NCBI RefSeq assembly: GCF_044324875.1
Contig: NZ_CP172185.1
DNA length: 64,000 bases
DNA from: Escherichia coli
Lineage (GTDB): Bacteria; Pseudomonadota; Gammaproteobacteria; Enterobacterales; Enterobacteriaceae
Direction: 5' to 3' (one strand)
The notes below the pieces were generated by a model. The model was not told where the DNA came from. It was given only the letters and a program-made list of their open reading frames with translations, and made no database searches. Shown here in pieces: positions 30,680-39,900 of the stretch. A program made the position numbers and the translations under genes. The first letter of the stretch is position 1; every line of letters begins with the position of its first letter.

Positions 30680-31506
30680 ATGTTAAAGAATTGACTCAAT
30701 TTGCACGGGATATACGTATCCAGACGCTTAAATCATTAACTCATCTCGGCTTCGGTCATTATGGTGGCAGCATGTCGGTTGTGGAAACGCTGGCAGTGCT
30801 TTATGGCGCTGTAATGAAAATTGATCCTGCTGCTCCCGACTGGCCTGAGCGTGACTATTTTATCCTGTCCAAAGGACATGCCGGACCTGCTCTCTACAGT
30901 ACTCTGGCGCTGAAAGGCTACTTTCCACTGGAAGAATTAAGCACCTTAAATCAGAACGGAACCCGCTTACCAAGTCATCCGGATCGGCTAAAAACGTGTG
31001 GTGTTGATAGCACCACAGGATCGCTGGGGCAGGGGATATCCATTGCCGGAGGGATGGCGCTGTCGCATAAACTGGCGGGGCGCAAGAATCGGGTTTTTTG
31101 TATTGTCGGCGATGGCGAACTTAATGAAGGCCAATGTTGGGAAGCTTTCCAGTTTATCGCGCATCATCGTTTGAATAACCTCACTGTGTTTGTGGACTGG
31201 AACAAACAGCAGCTTGATGGTCAACTGGATGAAATTATTAATCCATTTGATTTGGAAGGAAAATTCCGGGCTTTCGGTTTTGATGTCGTGACAGTGAAGG
31301 GCGATGATATTGAGGGCTTGTTGAATGTAGTTAAACCTGTCCTGCCAGCTGAGGCCAGACCGAGAGTGGTCATTCTCGATAGCATTAAAGGGCAGGGGGT
31401 GCCGTGTCTCGAGCAACTCAGTAATTCTCATCACTTACGCCTCACAGAAGAGATGAAGGGGACGCTAAACGAAACAATTCGCCAACTGGAGGATATGCAT
31501 GATTAA
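30676..31506 (+). CDS. transketolase, N-terminal (thiamine-diphosphate-binding) subunit of a split enzyme
   Basis: 276-aa ORF with GHxG-type and GDGELNEG motifs; 4-bp overlap with EIIC gene. Confidence 0.85.
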   Translation: MNVKELTQFARDIRIQTLKSLTHLGFGHYGGSMSVVETLAVLYGAVMKIDPAAPDWPERDYFILSKGHAGPALYSTLALKGYFPLEELSTLNQNGTRLPSHPDRLKTCGVDSTTGSLGQGISIAGGMALSHKLAGRKNRVFCIVGDGELNEGQCWEAFQFIAHHRLNNLTVFVDWNKQQLDGQLDEIINPFDLEGKFRAFGFDVVTVKGDDIEGLLNVVKPVLPAEARPRVVILDSIKGQGVPCLEQLSNSHHLRLTEEMKGTLNETIRQLEDMHD

Positions 31507-32443
31507 TCTCGCACCGGCAGGACAAAAAGACAGCATTGAAATGCGCAAAGTTTATGCAGATTTTATCGCGCAACAGAGTAAAAACGTCAGTTCTGTCATT
31601 GCTCTTGAGGCTGATTTAATGAGTTCCATGGCAATGGACAGCGTGGCGCAGGATTATCCAGATCACGTCATTAATTGCGGCATTATGGAAGCCAATGTTA
31701 TCGGCACAGCTGCAGGGCTGGCCTTAACCGGGCGCAAGCCATTCGTGCATACCTTTACCGCATTTGCCAGTCGTCGCTGTTTTGATCAACTCTTTATGTC
31801 GCTTGATTACCAGGGCGCTAACGTCAAAGTTATAGCTTCTGATGCGGGTGTTGCTGCTTGCCACAATGGCGGAACACATATGTCATTTGAAGATATGGGA
31901 ATTGTGCGCGGGCTGGCGCATTCGGTGGTGATGGAGATGACAGATGCCGTAATGTTCAGCGATATCTTGCGTCAACTCGTTGCACTGGAAGGATTTTATT
32001 GGATTCGTACCATTCGGAAGCAAGCAGCGAGTATTTACGCACCAGGTACAACCTTTACAATTGGCAAAGGGCAGGTATTACGTGAAGGTACGGATGTCAC
32101 CTTAATTGCTAATGGCATTATGGTGGTGGAAGCCCTGGAGGCCGCACGTCAACTTGAGCTGGCTGGGGTAAGTGTAGCGGTGATTGATATGTTTACGCTC
32201 AAACCCGTTGATCGGATGTTAATTAAAAATTATGCCGAAAAAACAGGACGGATCGTAACATGTGAAAACCATAGTATTCATAATGGATTAGGTTCAGCGG
32301 TTGCTGAAGTGCTTGTAGAAACTTGTCCTGTGCCCATGCGTCGGGTGGGGGTTAAAGAGCGGTATGGCCAGGTTGGAACTCAGGACTTTTTACAGAGAGA
32401 GTACGGGTTAACCGCGCAAGATATTGGTAAGCGTACAGCCTGA
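31499..32443 (+). CDS. transketolase, C-terminal subunit; last codons replaced by IS66-family insertion
   Basis: 314-aa ORF; IS left end (32427) lies 17 nt before the stop, so the terminal GKRTA* is IS-derived. Confidence 0.85.
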   Translation: MINLAPAGQKDSIEMRKVYADFIAQQSKNVSSVIALEADLMSSMAMDSVAQDYPDHVINCGIMEANVIGTAAGLALTGRKPFVHTFTAFASRRCFDQLFMSLDYQGANVKVIASDAGVAACHNGGTHMSFEDMGIVRGLAHSVVMEMTDAVMFSDILRQLVALEGFYWIRTIRKQAASIYAPGTTFTIGKGQVLREGTDVTLIANGIMVVEALEAARQLELAGVSVAVIDMFTLKPVDRMLIKNYAEKTGRIVTCENHSIHNGLGSAVAEVLVETCPVPMRRVGVKERYGQVGTQDFLQREYGLTAQDIGKRTA

Positions 32444-32497
32444 ACCGTCTGGTCAGAATCTGACGAATTAGACAAAGTGGTGTCCACCAAATAAGTA

Positions 32498-32899
32498 GTG
32501 GGAACCAAAGTGTCAGATATGCAGAAAAATGTGACTCCCGGCAGGCGAAAAGGCTGCCCTAATTATCCTCCCGAATTTAAACAGCAGCTCGTTGCTGCCT
32601 CCTGTGAACCCGGGATATCCATCTCAAAACTTGCTCTTGAAAATGGCATTAACGCCAATCTGTTGTTCAAATGGCGACAACAATGGCGCGAGGGAAAGCT
32701 GCTATTACCTTCTTCAGAGAGCCCCCAGCTACTTCCTGTGACTCTCGATGCAGCTGCCGAACAGCCAGAATCGCTCGCAGAGGACCCGGAAACCCTCAGT
32801 ATCAGCTGTGAGGTAACGTTCCGGCACGGGACGCTCCGCTTCAATGGCAATGTCAGCGAAAAGCTCCTGACTCTGCTGATACAGGAACTGAAGCGATGA
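32498..32899 (+). CDS. IS66-family accessory protein OrfA
   Basis: 133-aa ORF with HTH-like ...NANLLFKWRQQWREGKL. Confidence 0.85.
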   Translation: MGTKVSDMQKNVTPGRRKGCPNYPPEFKQQLVAASCEPGISISKLALENGINANLLFKWRQQWREGKLLLPSSESPQLLPVTLDAAAEQPESLAEDPETLSISCEVTFRHGTLRFNGNVSEKLLTLLIQELKR

Positions 32900-33243
32900 T
32901 CCCTTTACCTTCCGGGACCAAAATTTGGCTGGTTGCCGGTATCACCGATATGAGAAATGGCTTCAACGGCCTGGCTGCGAAAGTACAGACGGCGCTGAAA
33001 GACGATCCCATGTCCGGCCATGTTTTCATTTTCCGGGGCCGCAGCGGCAGTCAGGTTAAACTGCTGTGGTCCACCGGTGACGGACTGTGCCTCCTGACCA
33101 AACGGCTGGAGCGTGGGCGCTTCGCCTGGCCGTCAGCCCGTGATGGCAAAGTGTTCCTTACACAGGCGCAGCTGGCGATGCTGCTGGAAGGTATCGACTG
33201 GCGACAGCCTAAGCGGCTGCTGACCTCCCTGACCATGCTGTAA
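32896..33243 (+). CDS. IS66-family OrfB
   Basis: 115-aa [34 protein letters not shown]...; 4-bp overlap with orfA. Confidence 0.85.
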   Translation: MIPLPSGTKIWLVAGITDMRNGFNGLAAKVQTALKDDPMSGHVFIFRGRSGSQVKLLWSTGDGLCLLTKRLERGRFAWPSARDGKVFLTQAQLAMLLEGIDWRQPKRLLTSLTML

Positions 33244-33292
33244 ATCTCTTTATCCTGGTTGTCACAGAATAAGCCCGGTAAAATACGGGCTT

Positions 33293-34831
33293 ATGAACGA
33301 CATCTCTTCTGACGACATCTTCCTGCTGAAACAGCGCCTGGCCGAACAGGAAGCGCTGATCCACGCCCTGCAGGAAAAGCTGAGCAACCGGGAGCGCGAA
33401 ATAGACCATCTGCAGGCGCAGCTGGATAAACTCCGCCGGATGAACTTCGGCAGTCGTTCCGAAAAAGTCTCCCGCCGTATCGCACAAATGGAAGCCGATC
33501 TGAACCAGCTTCAGAAAGAGAGCGATACGCTGACTGGTAGGGTGTATGACCCGGCAGTACAGCGTCCGTTGCGTCAGACCCGCATCCGTAAGCCGTTCCC
33601 TGAATCACTACCCCGTGACGAAAAGCGACTGTTGCCTGCGGCGCCGTGCTGCCCGAACTGCGGCGGTTCACTGAGCTATCTGGGCGAGGATACCGCCGAA
33701 CAGCTGGAGTTGATGCGTAGCGCCTTCCGGGTTATCCGGACGGTACGGGAAAAACATGCCTGTACTCAGTGCGATGCCATCGTGCAGGCACCTGCACCTT
33801 CGCGGCCCATCGAGCGGGGTATCGCCGGACCGGGGCTGCTGGCCCGCGTGCTGACCTCGAAGTATGCAGAGCACACCCCGCTGTATCGCCAGTCAGAAAT
33901 ATACGGCCGGCAAGGTGTGGAGCTGAGCCGTTCACTGCTGTCGGGCTGGGTGGATGCATGCTGCCGGCTGCTGTCTCCGCTGGAAGAGGCGCTTCATGGC
34001 TATGTCATGACTGACGGCAAACTCCATGCCGATGATACCCCGGTCCAGGTACTGATGCCGGGTAATAAGAAGACGAAGACCGGGCGGTTGTGGGCGTATG
34101 TTCGTGATGACCGCAATGCCGGGTCAGCGTTGGCACCTGCAGTGTGGTTCGCTTACAGCCCGGACAGAAAAGGCATCCATCCGCAGACTCATCTTGCTTG
34201 CTTCAGCGGTGTGCTGCAAGCGGATGCGTACGCCGGGTTCAACGAGCTGTATCGCAATGGTGGGATAACGGAAGCTGCCTGCTGGGCTCATGCCCGCCGA
34301 AAGATCCACGATGTGCACGTCCGCATCCCGTCAGCACTGACGGAAGAAGCCCTGGAGCAGATCGGTCAGTTGTACGCCATAGAGGCGGATATAAGGGGAA
34401 TGCCGGCAGAGCAGCGGCTTGCTGAACGTCAGCGAAAAACGAAACCGCTGTTGAAATCCCTGGAAAGCTGGTTGCGTGAAAAGATGAAGACCCTGTCGCG
34501 ACACTCAGAGTTGGCGAAGGCGTTCGCGTACGCACTTAACCAGTGGCCGGCACTGACGTACTATGCGAACGATGGCTGGGTGGAAATCGACAACAACATC
34601 GCTGAAAATGCCCTGCGGGCGGTAAGTCTGGGTCGTAAAAACTTCCTGTTCTTCGGCTCTGGCCATGGTGGTGAGCGGGGAGCGCTACTGTACAGCCTGA
34701 TAGGGACGTGCAAACTGAATGACGTGGATCCAGAAAGCTACCTTCGCCATGTGCTTGGCGTCATAGCAGACTGGCCGGTCAACCGGGTCAGCGAACTGCT
34801 TCCGTGGCGCATAGCACTGCCAGCTGAATAA
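33293..34831 (+). CDS. IS66-family transposase OrfC
   Basis: 512-aa ORF with N-terminal leucine zipper, CCPNCGG zinc motif and DDE core. Confidence 0.9.
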   Translation: MNDISSDDIFLLKQRLAEQEALIHALQEKLSNREREIDHLQAQLDKLRRMNFGSRSEKVSRRIAQMEADLNQLQKESDTLTGRVYDPAVQRPLRQTRIRKPFPESLPRDEKRLLPAAPCCPNCGGSLSYLGEDTAEQLELMRSAFRVIRTVREKHACTQCDAIVQAPAPSRPIERGIAGPGLLARVLTSKYAEHTPLYRQSEIYGRQGVELSRSLLSGWVDACCRLLSPLEEALHGYVMTDGKLHADDTPVQVLMPGNKKTKTGRLWAYVRDDRNAGSALAPAVWFAYSPDRKGIHPQTHLACFSGVLQADAYAGFNELYRNGGITEAACWAHARRKIHDVHVRIPSALTEEALEQIGQLYAIEADIRGMPAEQRLAERQRKTKPLLKSLESWLREKMKTLSRHSELAKAFAYALNQWPALTYYANDGWVEIDNNIAENALRAVSLGRKNFLFFGSGHGGERGALLYSLIGTCKLNDVDPESYLRHVLGVIADWPVNRVSELLPWRIALPAE

Positions 34832-35113
34832 CACATCCCCGTCAATACGGCCCTCGCTGTACGCTTACAGATATTGTGGCGGCAGCCAGAGAGCTATTGT
34901 AATTCATGGAGTTTGTTTACCATTCTGTTTTTCTTAAAAGTGAGTGTCTGTGCGGTCACTAAACTCGGTAATAAAGCAGTTCATTGCAGGATAAGAAGCG
35001 TTTGGTTGTGTCGTTTTACCGTAAGAACCGACCGCCGTATGTAGCCATTAAGCCAGTATTGGTAACGTAGGTGCCCACCTTTTCAATGTACTGCGCCCCA
35101 AATCTTGGACATC

Positions 35114-35893
35114 CTATGAAAAATGTTTAAGTCGATATTGAACCGGACTCATACCATCGAGTTTCTCTTTAATGCGATGGTGATTGTAGTATTCAATGTA
35201 ATCAATTATATCTTGCTTTAGATGATGTAACTTATTGTATTTATTTAGATAGTAACATTCTGATTTTAATGTACTAAAAAAGCTTTCCATTGCTGCATTA
35301 TCTAAGCAGTTACCACGTCGGGACATGCTTTGTGTTATGCCATTATCACTCAACCAACGTTGCCAACGAGGCATCTGATATTGCCACCCCTGATCACTAT
35401 GCAACAAGGGCTTATCGTCTTTATTGAGTTGTTCTACCGCATCTAATAGCATGCTCTTTACCATTGATGCTAATGGGCGCTCAGTAAGGTTATATGAGAC
35501 TATTTCTCCATTATACAGGTCCATGATTGGTGATAAATAGAGCTTCCTGCCATCGACCTTAAACTCAGTGACATCTGTTACCCACTTTTGATTTGGGCGG
35601 TCAGCATAAAATTGTCTCTTCAGTAAATTATTACAAGTTCGCCCCTGTTCTCCACGATAGGCACGGTACTTCTTGCGCCTGATAAGTGAGCTGATACCCA
35701 GTTCCTTCATTAACTTTCTGATGGTTTTACCATTAAGTAAAATGCCCTCGTTACGGCAGGCAAGTCTGATGCGTCGATAACCATAACGCCCTTTATGCTG
35801 ATGGTATATTCTCAATATTACTTGTTTAACAAGTTGATATGGATCTGGCGCATTAAGGCGTTTCACGTGATAGTAAAATGTACTACGTGGCAA
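35114..35893 (-). CDS. IS3-family transposase OrfB (DDE integrase core); probably expressed as OrfAB fusion by -1 frameshift
   Basis: 259-aa ORF with rve-type motifs; its frame stays open upstream into the end of orfA. Confidence 0.8.
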   Translation of the reverse strand: MPRSTFYYHVKRLNAPDPYQLVKQVILRIYHQHKGRYGYRRIRLACRNEGILLNGKTIRKLMKELGISSLIRRKKYRAYRGEQGRTCNNLLKRQFYADRPNQKWVTDVTEFKVDGRKLYLSPIMDLYNGEIVSYNLTERPLASMVKSMLLDAVEQLNKDDKPLLHSDQGWQYQMPRWQRWLSDNGITQSMSRRGNCLDNAAMESFFSTLKSECYYLNKYNKLHHLKQDIIDYIEYYNHHRIKEKLDGMSPVQYRLKHFS

Positions 35894-35952
35894 ATCAGCG
35901 ATAACCAGTAATTGTGATAATGGATGACATTGCCTTAACTCATTAATAATGA

Positions 35953-36453
35953 TTACTTTTTCTTTTGTTCCAATCGTAATTTTTCCTGAGCTAAGGCTTT
36001 CAGCTTTTTTAGATAAGCGTTCTCAACTCTCAGAAACTCAAGTTCTTCCCGTTCACTGATTGTCAGTTGTGTCGAACGATTTCGTTGATAAACAGCAGGA
36101 GTTTTCGGCCTCAAATCTTCCTTTTGTCCCTTCATCGAAAAATCAACCTCACTGTATTTTTTAATCCATTTGGATATGGTGTTAAAAGCAGGGATCCCAT
36201 ACTTCACTGCAGCTTCCCTTATAGAAAGAGAATTATCAATAACATCTCTGACCACATTCAATCTGAAGTTATCGTCATAACGTCTTTTTTGCCCAGTCAG
36301 TGTTTTTAATCCGTGCTTACGGTAAACATAAGCCCATTTCCTTACCGTGCTGGGGTCAATATTGTACATTTTTCCAACAGACTTCAAACTCAGCTCACCT
36401 TCCAGGTATTTTTCTGATACTTCCCTTTTGAATTCTAATGAAAATTTGCTCAT
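35953..36453 (-). CDS. IS3-family transposase OrfA (HTH)
   Basis: 166-aa ORF ending in coiled-coil EQKKK; G-AAA-AAG slippery-like run at its 3' end. Confidence 0.8.
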   Translation of the reverse strand: MSKFSLEFKREVSEKYLEGELSLKSVGKMYNIDPSTVRKWAYVYRKHGLKTLTGQKRRYDDNFRLNVVRDVIDNSLSIREAAVKYGIPAFNTISKWIKKYSEVDFSMKGQKEDLRPKTPAVYQRNRSTQLTISEREELEFLRVENAYLKKLKALAQEKLRLEQKKK

Positions 36454-36519
36454 ACGCTCCTCAGTTACAGATCTGGTGTCTAACTATTGGGGCGCACTTC
36501 ATCAAACTGGTGGACGCCT

Positions 36520-36695
36520 GTTATGGAGCAAAAACATTATCCGCAGAACCCCGCAGATCATTTTCAAATGAGTTAAACTTCAAATGGTTAAACTGGTTTT
36601 GCAACCAGGAGCCTCTGTTGCCCGTATTGCCCGGGAACACGATATCAATGATAACCTCCTGTTCAAATGGCTCAGACTCTGGCAGAACGTAAGGT
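36520..36695 (+). pseudogene. degenerate IS OrfA-like remnant (HTH transposase N-terminus, frame-shifted)
   Basis: two adjacent frames give ...RRSFSNELNFKW... and ...GASVARIAREHDINDNLLFKWLRLWQ..., typical of IS66/IS3 OrfA. Confidence 0.35.
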
Positions 36696-37548
36696 AAAGG
36701 GAGATGAAAAAGGCAATAGCAGAACTGAGTGACAGTGAAACCATTCTGGCGTACAGGGTTGGATGGTGAAACTGATAAAAAAACCCCTCTGAAAATTCTG
36801 TCAGAGGGGTGTAGTCAATAAGGGTGTCATATTCAACATGAAGATGTCTTCTGGGAATGTTTACATAGCAAATGCTTTCACTCCGGTAATTAATTTCCGT
36901 GATTAACTGCTTTCGATCAATAAAGGAATTGCAAAAGTGTGATCTTGTTCACGACATTGTGGATGATAATATGCCTGATGTCTGAATCCGGAAACAGTGA
37001 TCTGGCGGTTTCATGTGAAGTTGACGGATAAAAAATCCGCACGACCAGACAGACGTGCGGTTTACGAAATTCGTAACAAGAGGCTTTTCTACGGATCACG
37101 TGGTGCGTGCCACGTGAAATTTTTGTAGCGCAAAATGTGTGATGTGTAAATACAAGGAAGGAAAAAAGTTAAATCGGTGGAAGTCCATGCCTGCCACATG
37201 TATGTCTGCATTCCTCGTTTTGAACAGAATTCTCACCAGACATCGTGAATTTCTCATTCAATCATCAGAGATATTACCCAGGATTTTTATTGTTTTGTGA
37301 TAGCAGTACTTTAAATGTTCAGATGCTAAAATAAGCGCGCTTATTATAATTATAGTTATGATGTTTTATCTTTATGTATTTTAATGATTTTCTCGTCATT
37401 GCTTTTCTGCTGCTTAAATTGAGGGCGCATATTATACACAATAATATTCCTGGCATTATTAAATTAATAAAAGAGGATTCTTATCACTGTATTTTTGCTC
37501 CGCACTACCGTTCTGGCTGGTGAAGTAATAATACAGGAGAATAACAGA

Positions 37549-39096
37549 ATGCTTAAAAGACGTGATGCTTTTTTAAAGAAAAGCGCGCTGGCAGTGAGTG
37601 TGGCCCTGCTGCTCTCATCTCAGGCTCAGGCTCAGGATATTTTATTCGGACCGATTCAACCTGGCGAAGATAATAGCTTTCTTGTTGGAGATTCAGTAGC
37701 TGGCCGTTCGTCTGGTGACATAAGAAATGTATGGTTGGTGGGTGATAATTCTTTTTTATTAGACTCAAACAGGACTGTGCTTTTGGGGAATAATTCTGGT
37801 GTTGTGAGCTCTCCGGGAAGTGTGAGTCTGGGGCATGATGCACTTATTGCTGACTCTGAATGGGGGACTGTTGCAGGAAAAGAAGCGTCACTTATTTCTT
37901 CTCGTCAGAGCTCGGCAATTGGTGCGTTTTCATCTGTGCAGGATTCTACCAGTTCTGTAGCTCTGGGCCATGGCTCACAGGTGTCGGGAGAAAATAACGT
38001 GGTATCTGTTGGTGCCGGGCCTGAGGGATATGGAGAGAGTGTCAAAGGAGCACCGGAAACCCGCCGGATTATAAATGTGTCTGATGGTATCAATAACACA
38101 GATGCAGCGACGGTAGGGCAACTGAATGAACGATTTGATGATGCACAGGTCTTTTTGTTGCAGACGAATGAAAGAATTGACGAGACAGATAAACGTCTTT
38201 CAACAGTTCATGCTGAACTCAGCAGGGATATTATTGCAGGCACATCGGCAGCGGTGACGTATACAGATGTAACAGCGCTTGCACTTCAGGATGAGATAAA
38301 GGATGGGACGAACAAAGTACGTGATGAGTTGAAATCACAGGGAGACAGTCTGCGTGGTGAGATAGGCGGTGTATACAGAGATGCCCGTGCTCATACTGAC
38401 AGTCAGGTCACAGCAGTACGTGATGAACTGAAGGCAGAGGGAGACAGTCTGCGCGGTGAGATAGGCGGTGTATACAGAGATGCCCGTGCTCATACTGACA
38501 GTCAGGTTACAGCAGTACGTGATGAACTCAGCAGGGATATTATTGCAGGCACATCGGCAGCGGTGGCGTATACGGATGCATCTTCTCTTGCTCTTCAGGA
38601 TGAAATAAAAGAAAAAGCGGATGAAACAGTTCAGGTTTCCCGGGCTTATACAGATAAAAGTGTACGGGATGCCCGTAAAGAAGCGAAAAGCCAGGCAGAA
38701 CATCTCAGCGATGTGCTTGTGAAGAACAGGGCGCAGACGGATGCAGCAATAGCCTCAAATACAGCAGCGATAAGGAATAACAGTCATCGTCTGGATTTGA
38801 CGGAAGCCTGGCAGAAGATGGCGACAGAGAGAATGAATAATATGCAGGAGCAGATTAAAGAGAACCGGAAGGAGTTAAGGGAGAGTGCAGCCCAGAGCGC
38901 GGCACTGGCAGGTCTTTTCCAGCCATACAGTGTTGGAAAATTTAACGCGACAGCAGCCGTTGGTGGTTACCGTGATGAGCAGGCCATTGCGGTGGGCGTG
39001 GGCTACCGTTTCACAGAGAATGTGGCAGGAAAAGTTGCAGTTGCTGCAGGTGGGTCATCCGCATCGTGGAATGCTGGTGTGAATTTTGAGTTCTGA
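37549..39096 (+). CDS. trimeric autotransporter adhesin (YadA-like C-terminal anchor) with repetitive coiled-coil stalk
   Basis: start placed at ATG 37549 (AGGAGA 9 nt upstream; signal peptide [28 protein letters not shown]); C-terminus ...GVGYRF...AGVNFEF. Confidence 0.85.
   Translation: MLKRRDAFLKKSALAVSVALLLSSQAQAQDILFGPIQPGEDNSFLVGDSVAGRSSGDIRNVWLVGDNSFLLDSNRTVLLGNNSGVVSSPGSVSLGHDALIADSEWGTVAGKEASLISSRQSSAIGAFSSVQDSTSSVALGHGSQVSGENNVVSVGAGPEGYGESVKGAPETRRIINVSDGINNTDAATVGQLNERFDDAQVFLLQTNERIDETDKRLSTVHAELSRDIIAGTSAAVTYTDVTALALQDEIKDGTNKVRDELKSQGDSLRGEIGGVYRDARAHTDSQVTAVRDELKAEGDSLRGEIGGVYRDARAHTDSQVTAVRDELSRDIIAGTSAAVAYTDASSLALQDEIKEKADETVQVSRAYTDKSVRDARKEAKSQAEHLSDVLVKNRAQTDAAIASNTAAIRNNSHRLDLTEAWQKMATERMNNMQEQIKENRKELRESAAQSAALAGLFQPYSVGKFNATAAVGGYRDEQAIAVGVGYRFTENVAGKVAVAAGGSSASWNAGVNFEF
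38317..38514 (+). repeat. 2 x 99-bp in-frame near-perfect tandem repeat within the adhesin stalk
   Basis: units at 38317-38415 and 38416-38514 differ at a few positions; flanked by a ~95-bp dispersed repeat pair at ~38211-38306 and ~38521-38615. Confidence 0.85.
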
Positions 39097-39157
39097 CAGG
39101 TCAGGATTTAGATATCTGTCCCGGGGGGAGTCCCCCGGGATATAATGAGGTACAGAG

Positions 39158-39613
39158 ATGCTGGATATAATCCTGGCGACGAGAGATATTTATTTTGAAA
39201 AAGCCCTGCGAGAGATATTTGGAACCGTAAGCAGTCGAATCAGATATATAGAAGATGCCATATCAGACAGAAGAAGGGTGCAGTCAGGCAGGTCATTCAG
39301 ATATTATTTTGTATTCTGTGATGATGAGTATACAGATATTGTTCGTATTCTTTTTACCGGAGAGGCCTGCTGTATTCTGAATAAGTCGATGCTGAATCTG
39401 AGAGCGGCCGGAGGTGTGTTGACGCTGGAAGAGCGCAGAGCGGTACTGAACCGGTATTACAGAGGTTTAAGTATTGCGGAGATTACAGAAGAGACGGGGC
39501 AGAATGACAAGACGGTATACGGTCATCTTCGTCGTGCACTGCAGCGGTCTGGATTCCGGAAGGGGCGTTTTATAAAGGGGAGAGAAGCGGCGGGGGATTC
39601 AGGTGTTGAATAA
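39158..39613 (+). CDS. small HTH protein resembling sigma-70 region 4 / LuxR-type DNA-binding domain
   Basis: 151-aa ORF; LTLEERRAVLNRYYRGLSIAEITEETGQNDKTVYGHLRRALQR pattern; start uncertain. Confidence 0.5.
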   Translation: MLDIILATRDIYFEKALREIFGTVSSRIRYIEDAISDRRRVQSGRSFRYYFVFCDDEYTDIVRILFTGEACCILNKSMLNLRAAGGVLTLEERRAVLNRYYRGLSIAEITEETGQNDKTVYGHLRRALQRSGFRKGRFIKGREAAGDSGVE

Positions 39614-39900
39614 TGTATCTTATATTGTGATATCGGTGCTGCTGCTGTTATTTTTTGTTGTATTTGTGACGAATGGTTAAGAATAAAACATGAGTTGGTG
39701 ATTATCAGGACAGGTTGCTTGTATATGAAGATAACAAAGGCGGCATTTATTTTTGCGCTGTCAGTGTGGAGTGTTGCTGTGATATGTCTTTTATTATTTG
39801 TACTGGTTGTTCTGGGATAGCCATAGTGAAATAAAAAGCTGTCTGAATTAAATTATTTTGCACACATGTTTTAATTCTGCACTGAATTCAGAATGGGTAA

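Larger units (their letters stand above)
32427..34868 (+). mobile_element. IS66-family insertion sequence (2442 bp) with 8-bp target-site duplication AGATATTG
   Basis: ends GTAAGCGTACAGC...GCTGTACGCTTAC are inverted; AGATATTG at 32419-32426 and 34869-34876; three ORFs in IS66 order. Confidence 0.9.
35092..36496 (-). mobile_element. IS3-family (IS150-like) insertion sequence; boundaries approximate
   Basis: imperfect inverted ends TGCGCCCCAA... (35092) and ...TTGGGGCGCA (36496); orfA and orfB in -1 frame relationship; no clear target duplication. Confidence 0.7.

Noticed and set aside
38317-38514. Possible CRISPR-like array
   Set aside because: Only two copies, no spacers, in frame inside a coding sequence; these are protein-coding tandem repeats.
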